Under the pieces are notes generated by a model, which saw only the letters and a list, made by a program, of their open reading frames with translations, did no database searches and had not been told where the DNA came from. 64,000 nt of DNA from Alphaproteobacteria bacterium. Its GTDB lineage: Bacteria > Pseudomonadota > Alphaproteobacteria > RF32 > CAG-239. Of this stretch, positions 37,610-47,972 are shown one piece after another (position 1 is the first letter of the stretch; each line of letters opens with the position of its first letter). The position numbers and the translations under genes are program-made. The stretch lies in assembly GCA_045111335.1 (NCBI GenBank), contig JBGUGE010000002.1, positions 1,032 to 65,031 of the forward strand. Direction: 5' to 3'.

Positions 37610-38365
37610 TTACTCACGCAAATAGGTGTAATAACGCAGCGCAAATGAGCAGGAGCGCTGTGTACCGCAGTTGCATCCGTCTGCCGCCAGCTCCGGCGTA
37701 AACGGAGTAGGGTTCATTTCGTCATTCGGCTTAGCAACGTTCATCCTTATCGGCTGCGGCAGTTTGACCAACTTTTTTTGGCCGCCGGGGATTGCCACTT
37801 CAACTATTTCATCTTCGGTGATTTCTTCTATATCACGCAAAGCGGTATCTACACCGTTTTCATCAACATAACCGAGCGCAACCGAAATCAGGCCGCTTTC
37901 TTTCCCGCCCCAATCTAAATATGACAGTGCCATACATACATCTTTTTTGAGCCCCTGATAGGCAATTTTGAAGGTAGGGAAAGTCTCTTCTCCTCGAATA
38001 ATCGGGGTTGATGAAGAAACGGCAATACCTCCGCCGTAAATATTGACGAGTTTACCGTCCTGCACCAAAAAATTCGGCATAGTGTTAGATTGCGCCATCA
38101 GTCGCATAATATCTGTTTTGGTGGCGGTATTAACGGCATAAGTGGTGCGAACATTGTCAATCAGCTGCGAAATCTGGTTAACAGTGCGGTTCAAATCGCG
38201 GTTGAATGTGTAGCGGTTGACCGCCCAAATGGTCAGGCGCGAGAACAAAAGCAAAAAAATGCAACCGAACGTAATCAGAAAAATGCGCTTGAGTTTTTTA
38301 TGATTGCGGTCATAAAAATCAAAAATTTTTTCGATATTCGATTCCGGCTCTTGAATTCGCATCAT
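37610..38365 (-). CDS. membrane-anchored protein, unknown function
   Basis: One N-terminal TM helix. 251 aa. Confidence 0.4.
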   Translation of the reverse strand: MMRIQEPESNIEKIFDFYDRNHKKLKRIFLITFGCIFLLLFSRLTIWAVNRYTFNRDLNRTVNQISQLIDNVRTTYAVNTATKTDIMRLMAQSNTMPNFLVQDGKLVNIYGGGIAVSSSTPIIRGEETFPTFKIAYQGLKKDVCMALSYLDWGGKESGLISVALGYVDENGVDTALRDIEEITEDEIVEVAIPGGQKKLVKLPQPIRMNVAKPNDEMNPTPFTPELAADGCNCGTQRSCSFALRYYTYLRE

Positions 38366-38378
38366 GGTTGTCTCCGTT

Positions 38379-41048
38379 TCAGATTAAACGTCCGTGGCAA
38401 TGTTTGAATTTTTTGCCGCTGCCGCACGGACACGGATCGTTGCGACCGATATCGGCAAACATATCTTTGTTTATTTCATCATCGCTGGTAACAGCGCCGT
38501 CATGGAATGCCGACATTTTGCGGTTTTGTTCTTTATCCATGGCGCGTTGCATTTGCTGTTGGGAATCGGTTTGGATTACCGTGTGGCAAATCACGATGGT
38601 TACACGCTCTCTCAATACGCTGAGCAAATCGGAGAACATATTGAAAGCCTCTTTTTTGTATTCGTTCAGCGGGTCTTTTTGACCGTAAGCACGCAAAACA
38701 ATGGTATGGCGCATTAAATCAAGAGCGGCAATATGGTCTTTCCAAAGCTGGTCCAAAACTTGTAACAGAATGCTTTTTTGCACCATTTTTACCACATTAT
38801 CCGGCAGAGCGGATTCCCGTTCGGCCAAGCGGCTGTCAACTTCAGTCAAAATCAGCTCCTGCATTTTATCGCTGTCAATATCCGGATTGTTGCACCAAGT
38901 TGCAATCGGCATTGTAAAACCGGTGGTTGATTGAATATCTTGTTTTAAGCCCTCAATATTCCATTCTTGCGGCGGTGTTCCGTACGGAACGTGAGCACGA
39001 ATGATATCGCCCAAATATTCGCCGCGCATTTCTTTGATGGTGTCTGATACATCATCCTGCTCCATAATTTCGCGACGTTCGCTATAGATGATTTTACGCT
39101 GTTCGTTCATCACGTTGTCATATTTGAGCAAGTCTTTACGAATATCAAAGTTGCGCTCTTCAACTTTTTTCTGAGCTTTTTCCAAGGCCTTGCTTATCCA
39201 CGGGTGAACCAACGCTTCACCTTCAGGCAATCCTAAGCGGTGCAAAACGGTGGAAATCTTTTCCGAACCGAAAATGCGCATCAGATCATCTTCCATCGAA
39301 AGGAAAAACTTTGAGGTTCCCGGGTCTCCCTGACGGCCGGAACGACCGCGCAATTGGTTATCAATGCGGCGGCTTTCGTGACGTTCGGTGCCGACAATGT
39401 ATAATCCGCCGGCCTTAATGACCTTTTCTTTATCGGTCGCCACTTCTTCCTCAATTTCTTTTTTGAGACGTGCATATTGCTCCGGAGTTTCATCGCCGCT
39501 CAATCTTTCCTTGAGTTTCATATCCGGATTGCCGCCGAGCTGAATATCGGTACCGCGACCGGCCATGTTGGTAGCGATGGTAATAGCACCGGAAACGCCG
39601 GCCTGTGCCACAATGGCTGCTTCGCGCTCGTGATGACGTGCATTCAATACCTCAAATTTTATATCCGGAGCTGCCTTATGCAAAAGTTCGGCCACAACTT
39701 CGGATTTTTCAACCGAGGTGGTACCGACCAAAACCGGTTGTCCGCGGCGGTGGCTGTCGATTATGGTATTGATAATGGCATTGTATTTTTCATTTGCCGT
39801 GCGATAAATTTCGTCTTGCAAGTCTTCACGAATTACCGGCTTGTTGGTCGGGATTTCGACGCAAGTCAAATTATAAATATCATAAAATTCGTTTTCTTCC
39901 GTCATGGCCGTACCGGTCATACCGGCTAATTTGGCATATAAACGGAAGTAATTTTGGAAGGTAATGGAGGCCAAAGTTTGGTTTTCTGATTGGATTTCCA
40001 CGTTTTCTTTGGCTTCAAGTGCCTGATGCAGACCGTCACTGAAACGGCGGCCTTCCATAATGCGGCCGGTAAATTCATCAACAATTACCACTTTGCCGTC
40101 TTTAACGATGTAGTCTACATCGCGTTGAAACAGCTTGTGGGCGCGCAAGGCATTGTTAACGTGTTGTACCAAATTAACGTTTCCGATATCATACAGTGCT
40201 CCGTCCGTAATCAGTCCGGCCCCGCGCAGCAACTGCTCGATATGCTCCATTCCGGATTCGGTAAGAGTTACGGTGCGGCGTTTTTCATCTTTTTCATAAT
40301 CGTTTTCACTCAAAAACGGAACCAATTTGGTAACTTTCATATATGTATCGGACGAATCTTCGGCCTGACCGGAAATAATCAGCGGGGTGCGCGCTTCATC
40401 AATCAAAATCGAATCGACTTCATCGACAATGGCGTAATTAAAATCACGCTGTACCCGTTCCGCTAATGAAAATTTCATATTGTCGCGCAGATAATCAAAC
40501 CCGAGTTCGTTATTGGTGCCGTAAACAATATCCGAAGCATAGGCGGCACGACGCTCGTTGTCGTTTTTGCCGTGCACGATATAATCAACCGTCAAACCTA
40601 AAAAGCGATAGATTTGTCCCATCCATTCGGCATCGCGCTTGGCCAAATAATCATTAACCGTTACAATATGGACACCTTTGCCCTCAAGTGCATTAAGATA
40701 GGCTGCCAATGTTGCCACCAATGTTTTACCTTCACCGGTTTTCATTTCGGCAATCATACCTTTGTGCAATACAATACCGCCGATAAGCTGCACGTCATAG
40801 TGGCGTTGTCCCAATACACGCTTGGCGGCCTCACGCACGGTGGCAAATGCCTCCGGCAGGATATCATCTAAAGTTTCGCCCTTTTTCAGGCGTTCGCGAT
40901 ATTCTTGGGTTTTAGCTTTCAGTTCTTCGTCGGACAGCTTAATAAAGTCCGGTTCCAAGGCATTAATCCGATTAACGGTTTTATATTGTTTTTTCACAAA
41001 ACGATCGTTGGCACTGCCAAAAATCTTACGAGCAATTTGTCCTAACAT
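38379..41048 (-). CDS. secA: preprotein translocase subunit SecA
   Basis: DEAD-like motor motifs. C-terminal zinc site [14 protein letters not shown]. 889 aa. Confidence 0.95.
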   Translation of the reverse strand: MLGQIARKIFGSANDRFVKKQYKTVNRINALEPDFIKLSDEELKAKTQEYRERLKKGETLDDILPEAFATVREAAKRVLGQRHYDVQLIGGIVLHKGMIAEMKTGEGKTLVATLAAYLNALEGKGVHIVTVNDYLAKRDAEWMGQIYRFLGLTVDYIVHGKNDNERRAAYASDIVYGTNNELGFDYLRDNMKFSLAERVQRDFNYAIVDEVDSILIDEARTPLIISGQAEDSSDTYMKVTKLVPFLSENDYEKDEKRRTVTLTESGMEHIEQLLRGAGLITDGALYDIGNVNLVQHVNNALRAHKLFQRDVDYIVKDGKVVIVDEFTGRIMEGRRFSDGLHQALEAKENVEIQSENQTLASITFQNYFRLYAKLAGMTGTAMTEENEFYDIYNLTCVEIPTNKPVIREDLQDEIYRTANEKYNAIINTIIDSHRRGQPVLVGTTSVEKSEVVAELLHKAAPDIKFEVLNARHHEREAAIVAQAGVSGAITIATNMAGRGTDIQLGGNPDMKLKERLSGDETPEQYARLKKEIEEEVATDKEKVIKAGGLYIVGTERHESRRIDNQLRGRSGRQGDPGTSKFFLSMEDDLMRIFGSEKISTVLHRLGLPEGEALVHPWISKALEKAQKKVEERNFDIRKDLLKYDNVMNEQRKIIYSERREIMEQDDVSDTIKEMRGEYLGDIIRAHVPYGTPPQEWNIEGLKQDIQSTTGFTMPIATWCNNPDIDSDKMQELILTEVDSRLAERESALPDNVVKMVQKSILLQVLDQLWKDHIAALDLMRHTIVLRAYGQKDPLNEYKKEAFNMFSDLLSVLRERVTIVICHTVIQTDSQQQMQRAMDKEQNRKMSAFHDGAVTSDDEINKDMFADIGRNDPCPCGSGKKFKHCHGRLI

Positions 41049-41195
41049 CTGTATTCCTTATAATATTATGTCTTATAATACTTAGTTTGATTAAATCATA
41101 AAGTCAATACTTTGCGCAAAAGTTATAAACTTATATTGAATTTTAAAATAATCAGGTTATAGTAACGATGATTTGTTTATTAAGGAGGAAATCAA

Positions 41196-42044
41196 ATGCA
41201 AAAAAAATATATCATTGCAACGTCTGCGGCTATCGTTGTGTTAATCGCCGGCGCTTTAACCTACAAAGTACATGCCGAAAAAAATAACGGCGTGGCGGCT
41301 ATTGTAAACGGTGAAACGGTTACGGTTGCCGAAATTAAGGAAGTTTATGATAAGAATCCGCAAATTAAGGCTCAGGCCTCTTTTGAAGATTTTTATAATC
41401 AGGCTATTGATGTTGCGGTTAACGGCAAGTTGGCCTTGCAGGCTGCAACGGCTGCCAAAATTCAGGAATCCGACGCCTATAAAGCACAGATCGCCGAATT
41501 GCAAGACGAAGTTGCCCGTCAGGTTTATATGGAACAGAAAGTTAACGAACGTGTTACCGATGAAGCCATCAAACAGGTTTATGATGATTATGTATCCAAG
41601 TTTGAAAGCGAAAAAGAAGTGAAAGCTAAGCATATTTTGGTTGATACCGAAGAAGCGGCTAAAGAAATTATCGCTAAATTGGATGCCAAAGAGGCTTCTT
41701 TTGATGATTTGGCTCGTCAATATTCCAAAGATCAGCCGGATTTAGGCTATTTCACGGCTAAGGCTATGGTTCCGGAATTTTCGGCAGCGGCGTTTGGTAT
41801 GAAGAAAGGCACTTATTCCAAAGAACCGGTTAAAACCGAATTCGGTTACCATGTTATTTTGGTAGAAGATGTTCGTGATACCAAGCCGTTACCGCTCGAC
41901 AGCGTTAAGGAACAAATCAGAATTAACTTGGGCCAACAGGCTGTTGCCGAAATCATTAAGGAATTGAACGACAATGCACAAGTTGAGAAGTTTGATTTGA
42001 AAGGTAAAAAAATCGAACCGAAAAAGGTTGAAGAAGCCAAATAA
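41196..42044 (+). CDS. parvulin-type peptidyl-prolyl cis-trans isomerase (SurA/PpiD-like)
   Basis: Signal/TM N-terminus. PpiC domain (AKHILV...FGYHVILVEDVRD). Confidence 0.75.
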   Translation: MQKKYIIATSAAIVVLIAGALTYKVHAEKNNGVAAIVNGETVTVAEIKEVYDKNPQIKAQASFEDFYNQAIDVAVNGKLALQAATAAKIQESDAYKAQIAELQDEVARQVYMEQKVNERVTDEAIKQVYDDYVSKFESEKEVKAKHILVDTEEAAKEIIAKLDAKEASFDDLARQYSKDQPDLGYFTAKAMVPEFSAAAFGMKKGTYSKEPVKTEFGYHVILVEDVRDTKPLPLDSVKEQIRINLGQQAVAEIIKELNDNAQVEKFDLKGKKIEPKKVEEAK

Positions 42045-42069
42045 TCATTAAAGATTATCGGCATTAAAA

Positions 42070-42102
42070 ATACCCCCGAAAAGTATCGGGGGTGTTTTTT
42101 AT
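42070..42102. terminator. bidirectional Rho-independent terminator
   Basis: acccccga aaag tatcgggggt followed by a T-run. Between convergent genes. Confidence 0.65.
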
Positions 42103-42120
42103 TATAGGTATCAGGAAAAA

Positions 42121-43512
42121 TTATTTTCCTTCCAAAATAGCCTTAAACAGTTCGTGTACGCTCGGAATATGGTTGTGAGCATACAACGGGTCGGTAGCGA
42201 ATCGATAAACGTTGTGTCCGGCAAATGCCAAATTGTTCTGAATATCGCCGCCGTGACCGATGTTCATCAGGGTTTGGTGAATACAATAGGTGCGCGGATC
42301 CGGTATTTTCCCGGTGCAGCCGTTCTCACGCGACCAGCTTGAGAACTGGCATTGCGAGAGGCAGCCGACGCACTCGGAACGTTGCTTTTGCATTTCAATC
42401 CACTCATCCGGAGTTAAAAATACCAAGGTCGAATCCGGAGTTTCTTTAATCATCGAGTAGCCTAAATTGCGTTGTTCTTCAACCTGTTTCTTGTCATTAG
42501 GGTTGATATAAACCGCCTTATGCGGAGCAATCGGCAACAAAAACGTCAGCTCGTCGGTGGCCGTGTCGCTATACGGAATCTCAGCCTTTTTGCGGCGAAT
42601 CAGATTGCTTAAGAAATTGTTTTTAATCGCCGATGAAAAGAAACCGGTAGGGCTGAATTTTTGCAAAATGACGTCGCCTTTTTTGGCGTGCATCATCAAC
42701 AGCTTCCATGCGTCGCTGATAGGGCTTTCTTTGGTAATCATCGGACGGGTGCCGAATTGAAAAGCTACGTTGCCGAGCTCCGGATTATCGATATAATCCT
42801 GCCAATCGCTCAGGCTCCAGACGCCGCCGGCAATGATGATCGGCAAGTCTTTCAGACCCAATTCATTTAAGACCTGACGCAACGCTACCAAGCGCTCGTA
42901 CGGACGCTCCGGCGCCAAAGGATTTTCGGCGTTGGAAAGGCCGTTATGACCGCCGGCAAGCCACGGATCTTCATAAACCACACCGCCCAAATATTCGGCA
43001 AAGTTTTTAAACGAGCGTTTCCACAATACCGTCATGGCGCGAGCCGATGAGATAATCGGATAATAAAAAACCTGATGTTCGGAAGCGATTTTGCCTAAAT
43101 TATAAGGCAAACCGGCTCCGCAGGTTACACCGTGAATCAAGCCCTTTGCTCCTTCTAAAACGCGAGTGATAACCTCTTGCGAATCGGCCATTTCCCACAG
43201 CATGTTGATATGGATGCGCCCGTTGCCGGCCGCAATTTCATGTGCAATCTGAGCCTGAGAAATACCGCCTTTGATGGCGTATTCAACCATTTCGCGGTGG
43301 CGTTTGGCACGGATTTTTTCGTGAAAAATCTCCGGTATAATCGAGCCTTCCAACGAAATTTCAGTCGGGCTCACCATCGAAATAGTGCCGACGCCGCCTT
43401 CTTTTGCCCACGAGCCGGAACTTTTGCCGTCGGTGCCGTTAATACCTTTGCCGCCCTCAATCAGCGGATAAACCATTGCCCCCGAAATATTAAGTTTGTT
43501 TAATGCTTTCAT
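42121..43512 (-). CDS. NMO-family (nitronate monooxygenase / FabK-PfaD-like) flavin oxidoreductase with Cys-rich C-terminal extension
   Basis: TIM-barrel motifs PIIIAGGVWS ... FQFGTRPMITKES. Extra ~100 aa with CVGCLSQCQ...C...C. Confidence 0.4.
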   Translation of the reverse strand: MKALNKLNISGAMVYPLIEGGKGINGTDGKSSGSWAKEGGVGTISMVSPTEISLEGSIIPEIFHEKIRAKRHREMVEYAIKGGISQAQIAHEIAAGNGRIHINMLWEMADSQEVITRVLEGAKGLIHGVTCGAGLPYNLGKIASEHQVFYYPIISSARAMTVLWKRSFKNFAEYLGGVVYEDPWLAGGHNGLSNAENPLAPERPYERLVALRQVLNELGLKDLPIIIAGGVWSLSDWQDYIDNPELGNVAFQFGTRPMITKESPISDAWKLLMMHAKKGDVILQKFSPTGFFSSAIKNNFLSNLIRRKKAEIPYSDTATDELTFLLPIAPHKAVYINPNDKKQVEEQRNLGYSMIKETPDSTLVFLTPDEWIEMQKQRSECVGCLSQCQFSSWSRENGCTGKIPDPRTYCIHQTLMNIGHGGDIQNNLAFAGHNVYRFATDPLYAHNHIPSVHELFKAILEGK

Positions 43513-43678
43513 CTTTTATACGCCTCTCTTGTTTTTGCCATACTACTCCCTTTTCCGAATCGATTCGGAAAATTATATTGAAAATATAATCCTCTTTTAT
43601 TTATTTGAAAAGTAGGCACTTTTAAGACTCATAGTTTCCTGAGGGTAACCAATATAGAAAAATCGGCTCTTTGCGGTA

Positions 43679-45142
43679 TCAGTTGCTCAGCTTAAACCAT
43701 TCAATCGGCAGACCGTTAATCACAATAAAGGCGATAATGATGCAAATATAGCCGTAAATTTGCAACATGCTCAATATATTTTGATATTTTCTTCCCGGCA
43801 GTTTGGGTGCTAAGAAGTTCAACAGGCGATTAATGCCTATAACACCGAGCGTGACGAGAATCAGCTGCGTGAATACACCGGCACTGAGCAGAATATCTTT
43901 GAATACGCCGGCAATTTTATATAAAAACGTGAAAAACAGCAAATAAACCGCCAGCAGACCGTATAACAGATAATTACCGATGTTTTTGATTTGCTCTTTT
44001 TCTAATTTGGCCTTGCGCAGATTTTCGGTGGCTAATTTTTTGATGCTTAAACCGCGCACGGTCTGCGGTTTTTCTTGTTGTTTTTTATAGTTTTCAATCT
44101 GTTCTTTGCATTTTTCCGCCACTATACACAAACCGCAACCTTTCGGCGTGAAATAAATGTGATTTTTATCTTTTTTGCACTGTTTGTAGTGGTGTCTATC
44201 CAATAAATAAGCCAAGTGGGTTTGCCACTCGAGTGCGGTAGGTCGTTCGCCGCCCTTGGTAAAAGCCCGCTCAAATAAATTCATGGTTTCTTTATGCAGA
44301 TAGTCATGAATACTGTACGGATTAGGCATTTGATACGAATCCGGCCAGAAGCCGTAGGCATAATGATATCCGGCAATTCGCTCCTGAATGGAAAGCATAT
44401 CGCCGGTTTTGCGCGGGGTTCCCGAAAACGGATGAATACCCTCGTTCAAAAGTTTGAAAATAATCACCGCCAATGCAAATTTATCCTGTTCTTCGCCCAT
44501 TTCCTTACAGGTGAGGTTCATTCCCTCAGGATAAATATATTCTTCGCTCACAAATTCTGCCGGATAGCGGGTATCTTTTTCGCCTTTAATCGAAAAACCG
44601 TCGCAATCAAATGCCACAACCAAAGGCTCTTTTTTATACACATATACGTTTGACGGTTTCAGATCGATGATATAGTGGCCGCGAACGTGTAATTGTGCCA
44701 CAACCGTGGCGATGTTGAAAGCTGCAAAAACACGCGTTCTGTAACGCTCGGGCAAACCTAAACGTTGGCGCACCGCTTTTTGAATGAGGTGGTCAAGTGA
44801 GACGGCCTCGTTTGTATCAATTTCCGGCATTAAATAACCGACGCAGAAGCCTTGAGAATCTTCCAAAAGAGCAGTCGGCCAGGTAATTTGAATATATTCT
44901 ACGCCGTCATTGTCCGTAATGTTTGGAATATTCGGCCGATTGAGCAGCATAGCCTCTAATTTCTGGCGGTTGGTATCGCTACGCTCTTTTTCATGAAAAA
45001 TTTTAGCCACACTGTGCGAATGAGTGGCATCACGATAAATTTTTCCGGCGGCTCCGCCTTTGTTCAACAGCTCGCCGAGAGTTACTTTTTCGTTGTGGCC
45101 GTCAGGGTATAAAGCCAAATATGTCATACCGGTTTCACTCAT
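43679..45142 (-). CDS. Hanks-type Ser/Thr protein kinase-like protein with Cys cluster and C-terminal multi-TM domain (TerY-P triad kinase)
   Basis: Gly loop GGAAGKIY, VAKIF (VAIK-like), catalytic loop IIDLKPSNVYV, AFDCDGF (DFG-like). Cys cluster CKKDKNHIYFTPKGCGLCIVAEKC. Then 3-4 hydrophobic helices. Confidence 0.6.
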   Translation of the reverse strand: MSETGMTYLALYPDGHNEKVTLGELLNKGGAAGKIYRDATHSHSVAKIFHEKERSDTNRQKLEAMLLNRPNIPNITDNDGVEYIQITWPTALLEDSQGFCVGYLMPEIDTNEAVSLDHLIQKAVRQRLGLPERYRTRVFAAFNIATVVAQLHVRGHYIIDLKPSNVYVYKKEPLVVAFDCDGFSIKGEKDTRYPAEFVSEEYIYPEGMNLTCKEMGEEQDKFALAVIIFKLLNEGIHPFSGTPRKTGDMLSIQERIAGYHYAYGFWPDSYQMPNPYSIHDYLHKETMNLFERAFTKGGERPTALEWQTHLAYLLDRHHYKQCKKDKNHIYFTPKGCGLCIVAEKCKEQIENYKKQQEKPQTVRGLSIKKLATENLRKAKLEKEQIKNIGNYLLYGLLAVYLLFFTFLYKIAGVFKDILLSAGVFTQLILVTLGVIGINRLLNFLAPKLPGRKYQNILSMLQIYGYICIIIAFIVINGLPIEWFKLSN

Positions 45143-45891
45143 TGCATTTTAGCCCATAAAATTGTTTTATCATCGGCATTTAATCGCCGCGCCCGCACAT
45201 CATCAAGGGTATTTTTGAGCGCCTTAACCGCATAAGTTTGTCGCGGTTCGTTTTCCAAATATTCTACAATAGGCAACAAAAATTTGTGATGAATCTTGTA
45301 AAAATCGTCAGAGAATACAAATCCGGTTACACCGTCGGTCATCAACAGCAGCCTGTCAACATATTCAAACGGAGTGAAACGCAGGCAATCCTGCCAATCA
45401 TCCATAGTGTAAAAATAGGTTTCGCATGAAAAAGCGCCGTTTTCCGGTTCGGATATAATCAGATTATCATAAGAACCGACACCGAACGCAATGCCCGCGC
45501 CGTCGCCGATGTGGAAAAATATACCGTTTCCGTTATGATAGAAAAATCCGACCAAAGTGGCGGAAAAATTAATCAAATCATCGGTGCTTTTGCTTTTATT
45601 GAAACGGTGCAGAATCAGCTTTTGGCGCGCAATATTAATCGCCGCAATAACCGATTGCCGAATATTGCGCATGCTGGCTTTAATCAGTAAATCACACAAT
45701 GTTTCGCAGATTATTTTGGCTCCGATTTGGGCATATTTGGCCGAGCCGGCACCATCTGAAATTATGCCTACGGCCTTGTTTTTATGTTGCCGATAGCAAG
45801 CGTAATCCTGGCACGGCAAACCGTTGGCCTTATGCAAAGCCCCACGAACCGAAACGGATAAAAGCCGTATGTTGTTGCTATTGGTAGGCAT
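45139..45891 (-). CDS. PP2C-family Ser/Thr phosphatase (PP2C_2)
   Basis: LPCQDYA ... ISDGAGSAKYA ... HIGDGAG ... MTDGV motifs. Overlaps the kinase start by 4 nt. Confidence 0.6.
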   Translation of the reverse strand: MPTNSNNIRLLSVSVRGALHKANGLPCQDYACYRQHKNKAVGIISDGAGSAKYAQIGAKIICETLCDLLIKASMRNIRQSVIAAINIARQKLILHRFNKSKSTDDLINFSATLVGFFYHNGNGIFFHIGDGAGIAFGVGSYDNLIISEPENGAFSCETYFYTMDDWQDCLRFTPFEYVDRLLLMTDGVTGFVFSDDFYKIHHKFLLPIVEYLENEPRQTYAVKALKNTLDDVRARRLNADDKTILWAKMQ

Positions 45892-45896
45892 ATTTT

Positions 45897-46577
45897 TTAC
45901 TTTTCATTCCACTCCGTTATGTCGTCAAGGTAGTTGTTGGCATTAGGCGCCGCTTTTGAAATGCACGAAACACTGCGACTGAGCCAGAGGAAGAATTCGG
46001 TGAATTTCAGTCCGGTCAGGCGTTTGGGCGGTAACATCGAAAATTTAGCCAATTTATCCAAATTTGCGCCCTGAGTGCCGATGGCATGAATAACAACTTT
46101 TTTGTTTTTCTGAGCATAGCGGCAGATTTCTGCCGAATCTTCCCAACCGTAATCAGTAGGTTCTCCGTCGCTTATAAGGAAAATCCACGGGCGCTTTGAG
46201 GTTACTCCGCAACTGTCATAGAGGCATTTTTGCTCCTCAATTTTTTGCAACGCCATTTCCATGGCCTTACCGAGCGGAGTCAAACCGCCGGCCTCCATTA
46301 TCGGTGCGGTAAAATTCATGGCATCGGTCCAATCTGATTCGATTTTGACTTCGTCTTTGCCGAAAGCCTTGATGATAAGCAACTGCACACGCGAACTGGC
46401 ATCAATGTCGTCTTTTAATTCCTTTTCCAAAGCCACCAGGCCAGCGTTCAGCTGTTTAATCGGCTCGCCACGCATCGAACCCGAGCAATCAAGCACCAAC
46501 ACGCACGGTGTGCGCTCATTGGCGTTGTCGGCAAATTCGACATAGGGAATACGTTCAATTGTGTTATTATCAGCCAT
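45897..46577 (-). CDS. TerY-like von Willebrand factor A domain protein
   Basis: MIDAS DCSGSM...T...ISDGEPTD. 226 aa. Confidence 0.65.
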   Translation of the reverse strand: MADNNTIERIPYVEFADNANERTPCVLVLDCSGSMRGEPIKQLNAGLVALEKELKDDIDASSRVQLLIIKAFGKDEVKIESDWTDAMNFTAPIMEAGGLTPLGKAMEMALQKIEEQKCLYDSCGVTSKRPWIFLISDGEPTDYGWEDSAEICRYAQKNKKVVIHAIGTQGANLDKLAKFSMLPPKRLTGLKFTEFFLWLSRSVSCISKAAPNANNYLDDITEWNEK

Positions 46578-46582
46578 ATTGT

Positions 46583-46726
46583 TTACTCCTGTACGCGCGG
46601 GTAGCTGTGCGGAAAACCGCTGCCTTCAACCGGATGCGGGCGAGAATAGCGTCCGCAAGCGGTCAAGCTTGTTGTTATAAATGCCGCAAATAAAAACAGC
46701 ACAAATATTTTCCATAGATTTTGCAT
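46583..46726 (-). CDS. small lipoprotein (47 aa)
   Basis: Not in the track. MQNLWKIFVLFLFAAFITTSLTAC lipobox. Directly upstream of the vWA gene. Confidence 0.3.
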   Translation of the reverse strand: MQNLWKIFVLFLFAAFITTSLTACGRYSRPHPVEGSGFPHSYPRVQE

Positions 46727-46822
46727 TTATTAACCTTTTTTTTGAATCTTGAGATTATATTTATCATAATATCGGTTAAAAGTTAAAGATAATTTATATT
46801 TTTCGCAGAAAGTTGTTAATTA

Positions 46823-47380
46823 ATGCATAAAATTTTGAAAATATGTATCGTTTTGCTGACATTTGTGTGGGGAGCAACCGCCGATGCCAAAATCAATATG
46901 TTTCAGAAGGCGCGGTATATTCCGCAGCTGAGCATTTATGATGACAACGGAAATGCGTATAAACTTTCGGATTTCAAGTCATCTGATTTATTGATGGCGG
47001 TGGTGTGGTCAAAAACCTGCGGTCCGTGTTTGAAAGATTTGAAGCATTTGGGACGCTTTGTTAAGCGGACCATGGGCAAAGGTATTGAGGTTATTTTGAT
47101 ATCTCCGGAAAATGAGTGGAAATCGCCGGCGGATAAAAGGGCGTTTTTGAAACGGCTCGGCGCTGATAATATGGTGAGCTATAACGATCGTAAATCAAAT
47201 TTTCGCGGCGGTATGGCGATTGCGGTAACTCCGACGGCAATTTTGGTAAACAAAAACGGTGAAGAAGTAGGGCAGATTACCGGCTCGACCAATTGGGACG
47301 ATGATAAGGTAATCGAATATATGACAAATTTGCGAGATGAAGTTTCAAAAAAGCTTGAGCAGAGCAAAGCCGCCGATTAA
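46823..47380 (+). CDS. TlpA/redoxin-like periplasmic thiol:disulfide oxidoreductase
   Basis: Signal peptide. Thioredoxin CxxC (WSKTCGPCLKD). Confidence 0.6.
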   Translation: MHKILKICIVLLTFVWGATADAKINMFQKARYIPQLSIYDDNGNAYKLSDFKSSDLLMAVVWSKTCGPCLKDLKHLGRFVKRTMGKGIEVILISPENEWKSPADKRAFLKRLGADNMVSYNDRKSNFRGGMAIAVTPTAILVNKNGEEVGQITGSTNWDDDKVIEYMTNLRDEVSKKLEQSKAAD

Positions 47381-47944
47381 CAATACCAAGAACAATACCG
47401 ATAACCAACCTAAGTTTTTTTCGATAAACAGGCGCATTCTTTCGCCATAAACTTTCAACAGCCACGCAATTACAAAAAAACGCAGACCGCGGGCAATAAC
47501 CGAAGCAACGGTAAAAACGGCAAGGTTCAGGTGTACCACTCCGCTGGCAATGGTGATGATTTTGTACGGAAACGGGGTGATACCGGCACCGAATACAATC
47601 CATGCGCCATATTCGGTGTAGAGATCCTTGAATTTATTAAATTTATCAAGGTAGCCGTAAAAATTTAAGAGCGGCTCGGCAATGAGTTGGAAAAAATAAA
47701 AACCGATAACATAGCCCAAATAAGCCCCGATAACGCTGGCAAGAGTACAAACTCCGGCAATTTTCCATGCCTTTTTCGGGGTGGCTAAAATCATCGGAAT
47801 CAGCATAATATCCGGAGGAATCGGGAAAAATGAGCTTTCCACAAACGAAATCACCGCCAGCCAAAATAACGCATGCTGTTTGGCCGATAGGTTTATTACC
47901 TCGTCATAAATGCGGCGAATCAAGTGACTAAAAGACATTTGCAA
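47345..47944 (-). CDS. DedA/SNARE-associated family membrane protein
   Basis: Multi-TM. Length and G-rich re-entrant pattern typical of DedA. Confidence 0.45.
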   Translation of the reverse strand: MQMSFSHLIRRIYDEVINLSAKQHALFWLAVISFVESSFFPIPPDIMLIPMILATPKKAWKIAGVCTLASVIGAYLGYVIGFYFFQLIAEPLLNFYGYLDKFNKFKDLYTEYGAWIVFGAGITPFPYKIITIASGVVHLNLAVFTVASVIARGLRFFVIAWLLKVYGERMRLFIEKNLGWLSVLFLVLLIGGFALLKLF

Positions 47945-47972
47945 CCTTCAATATTATCGTTTTGAGGCAATA

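Noticed and set aside
38368-40871. Multiple plus-strand ORFs (38394..38717, 39477..39929, 39990..40466 and others) inside secA
   Set aside because: Antisense to an unambiguous secA.
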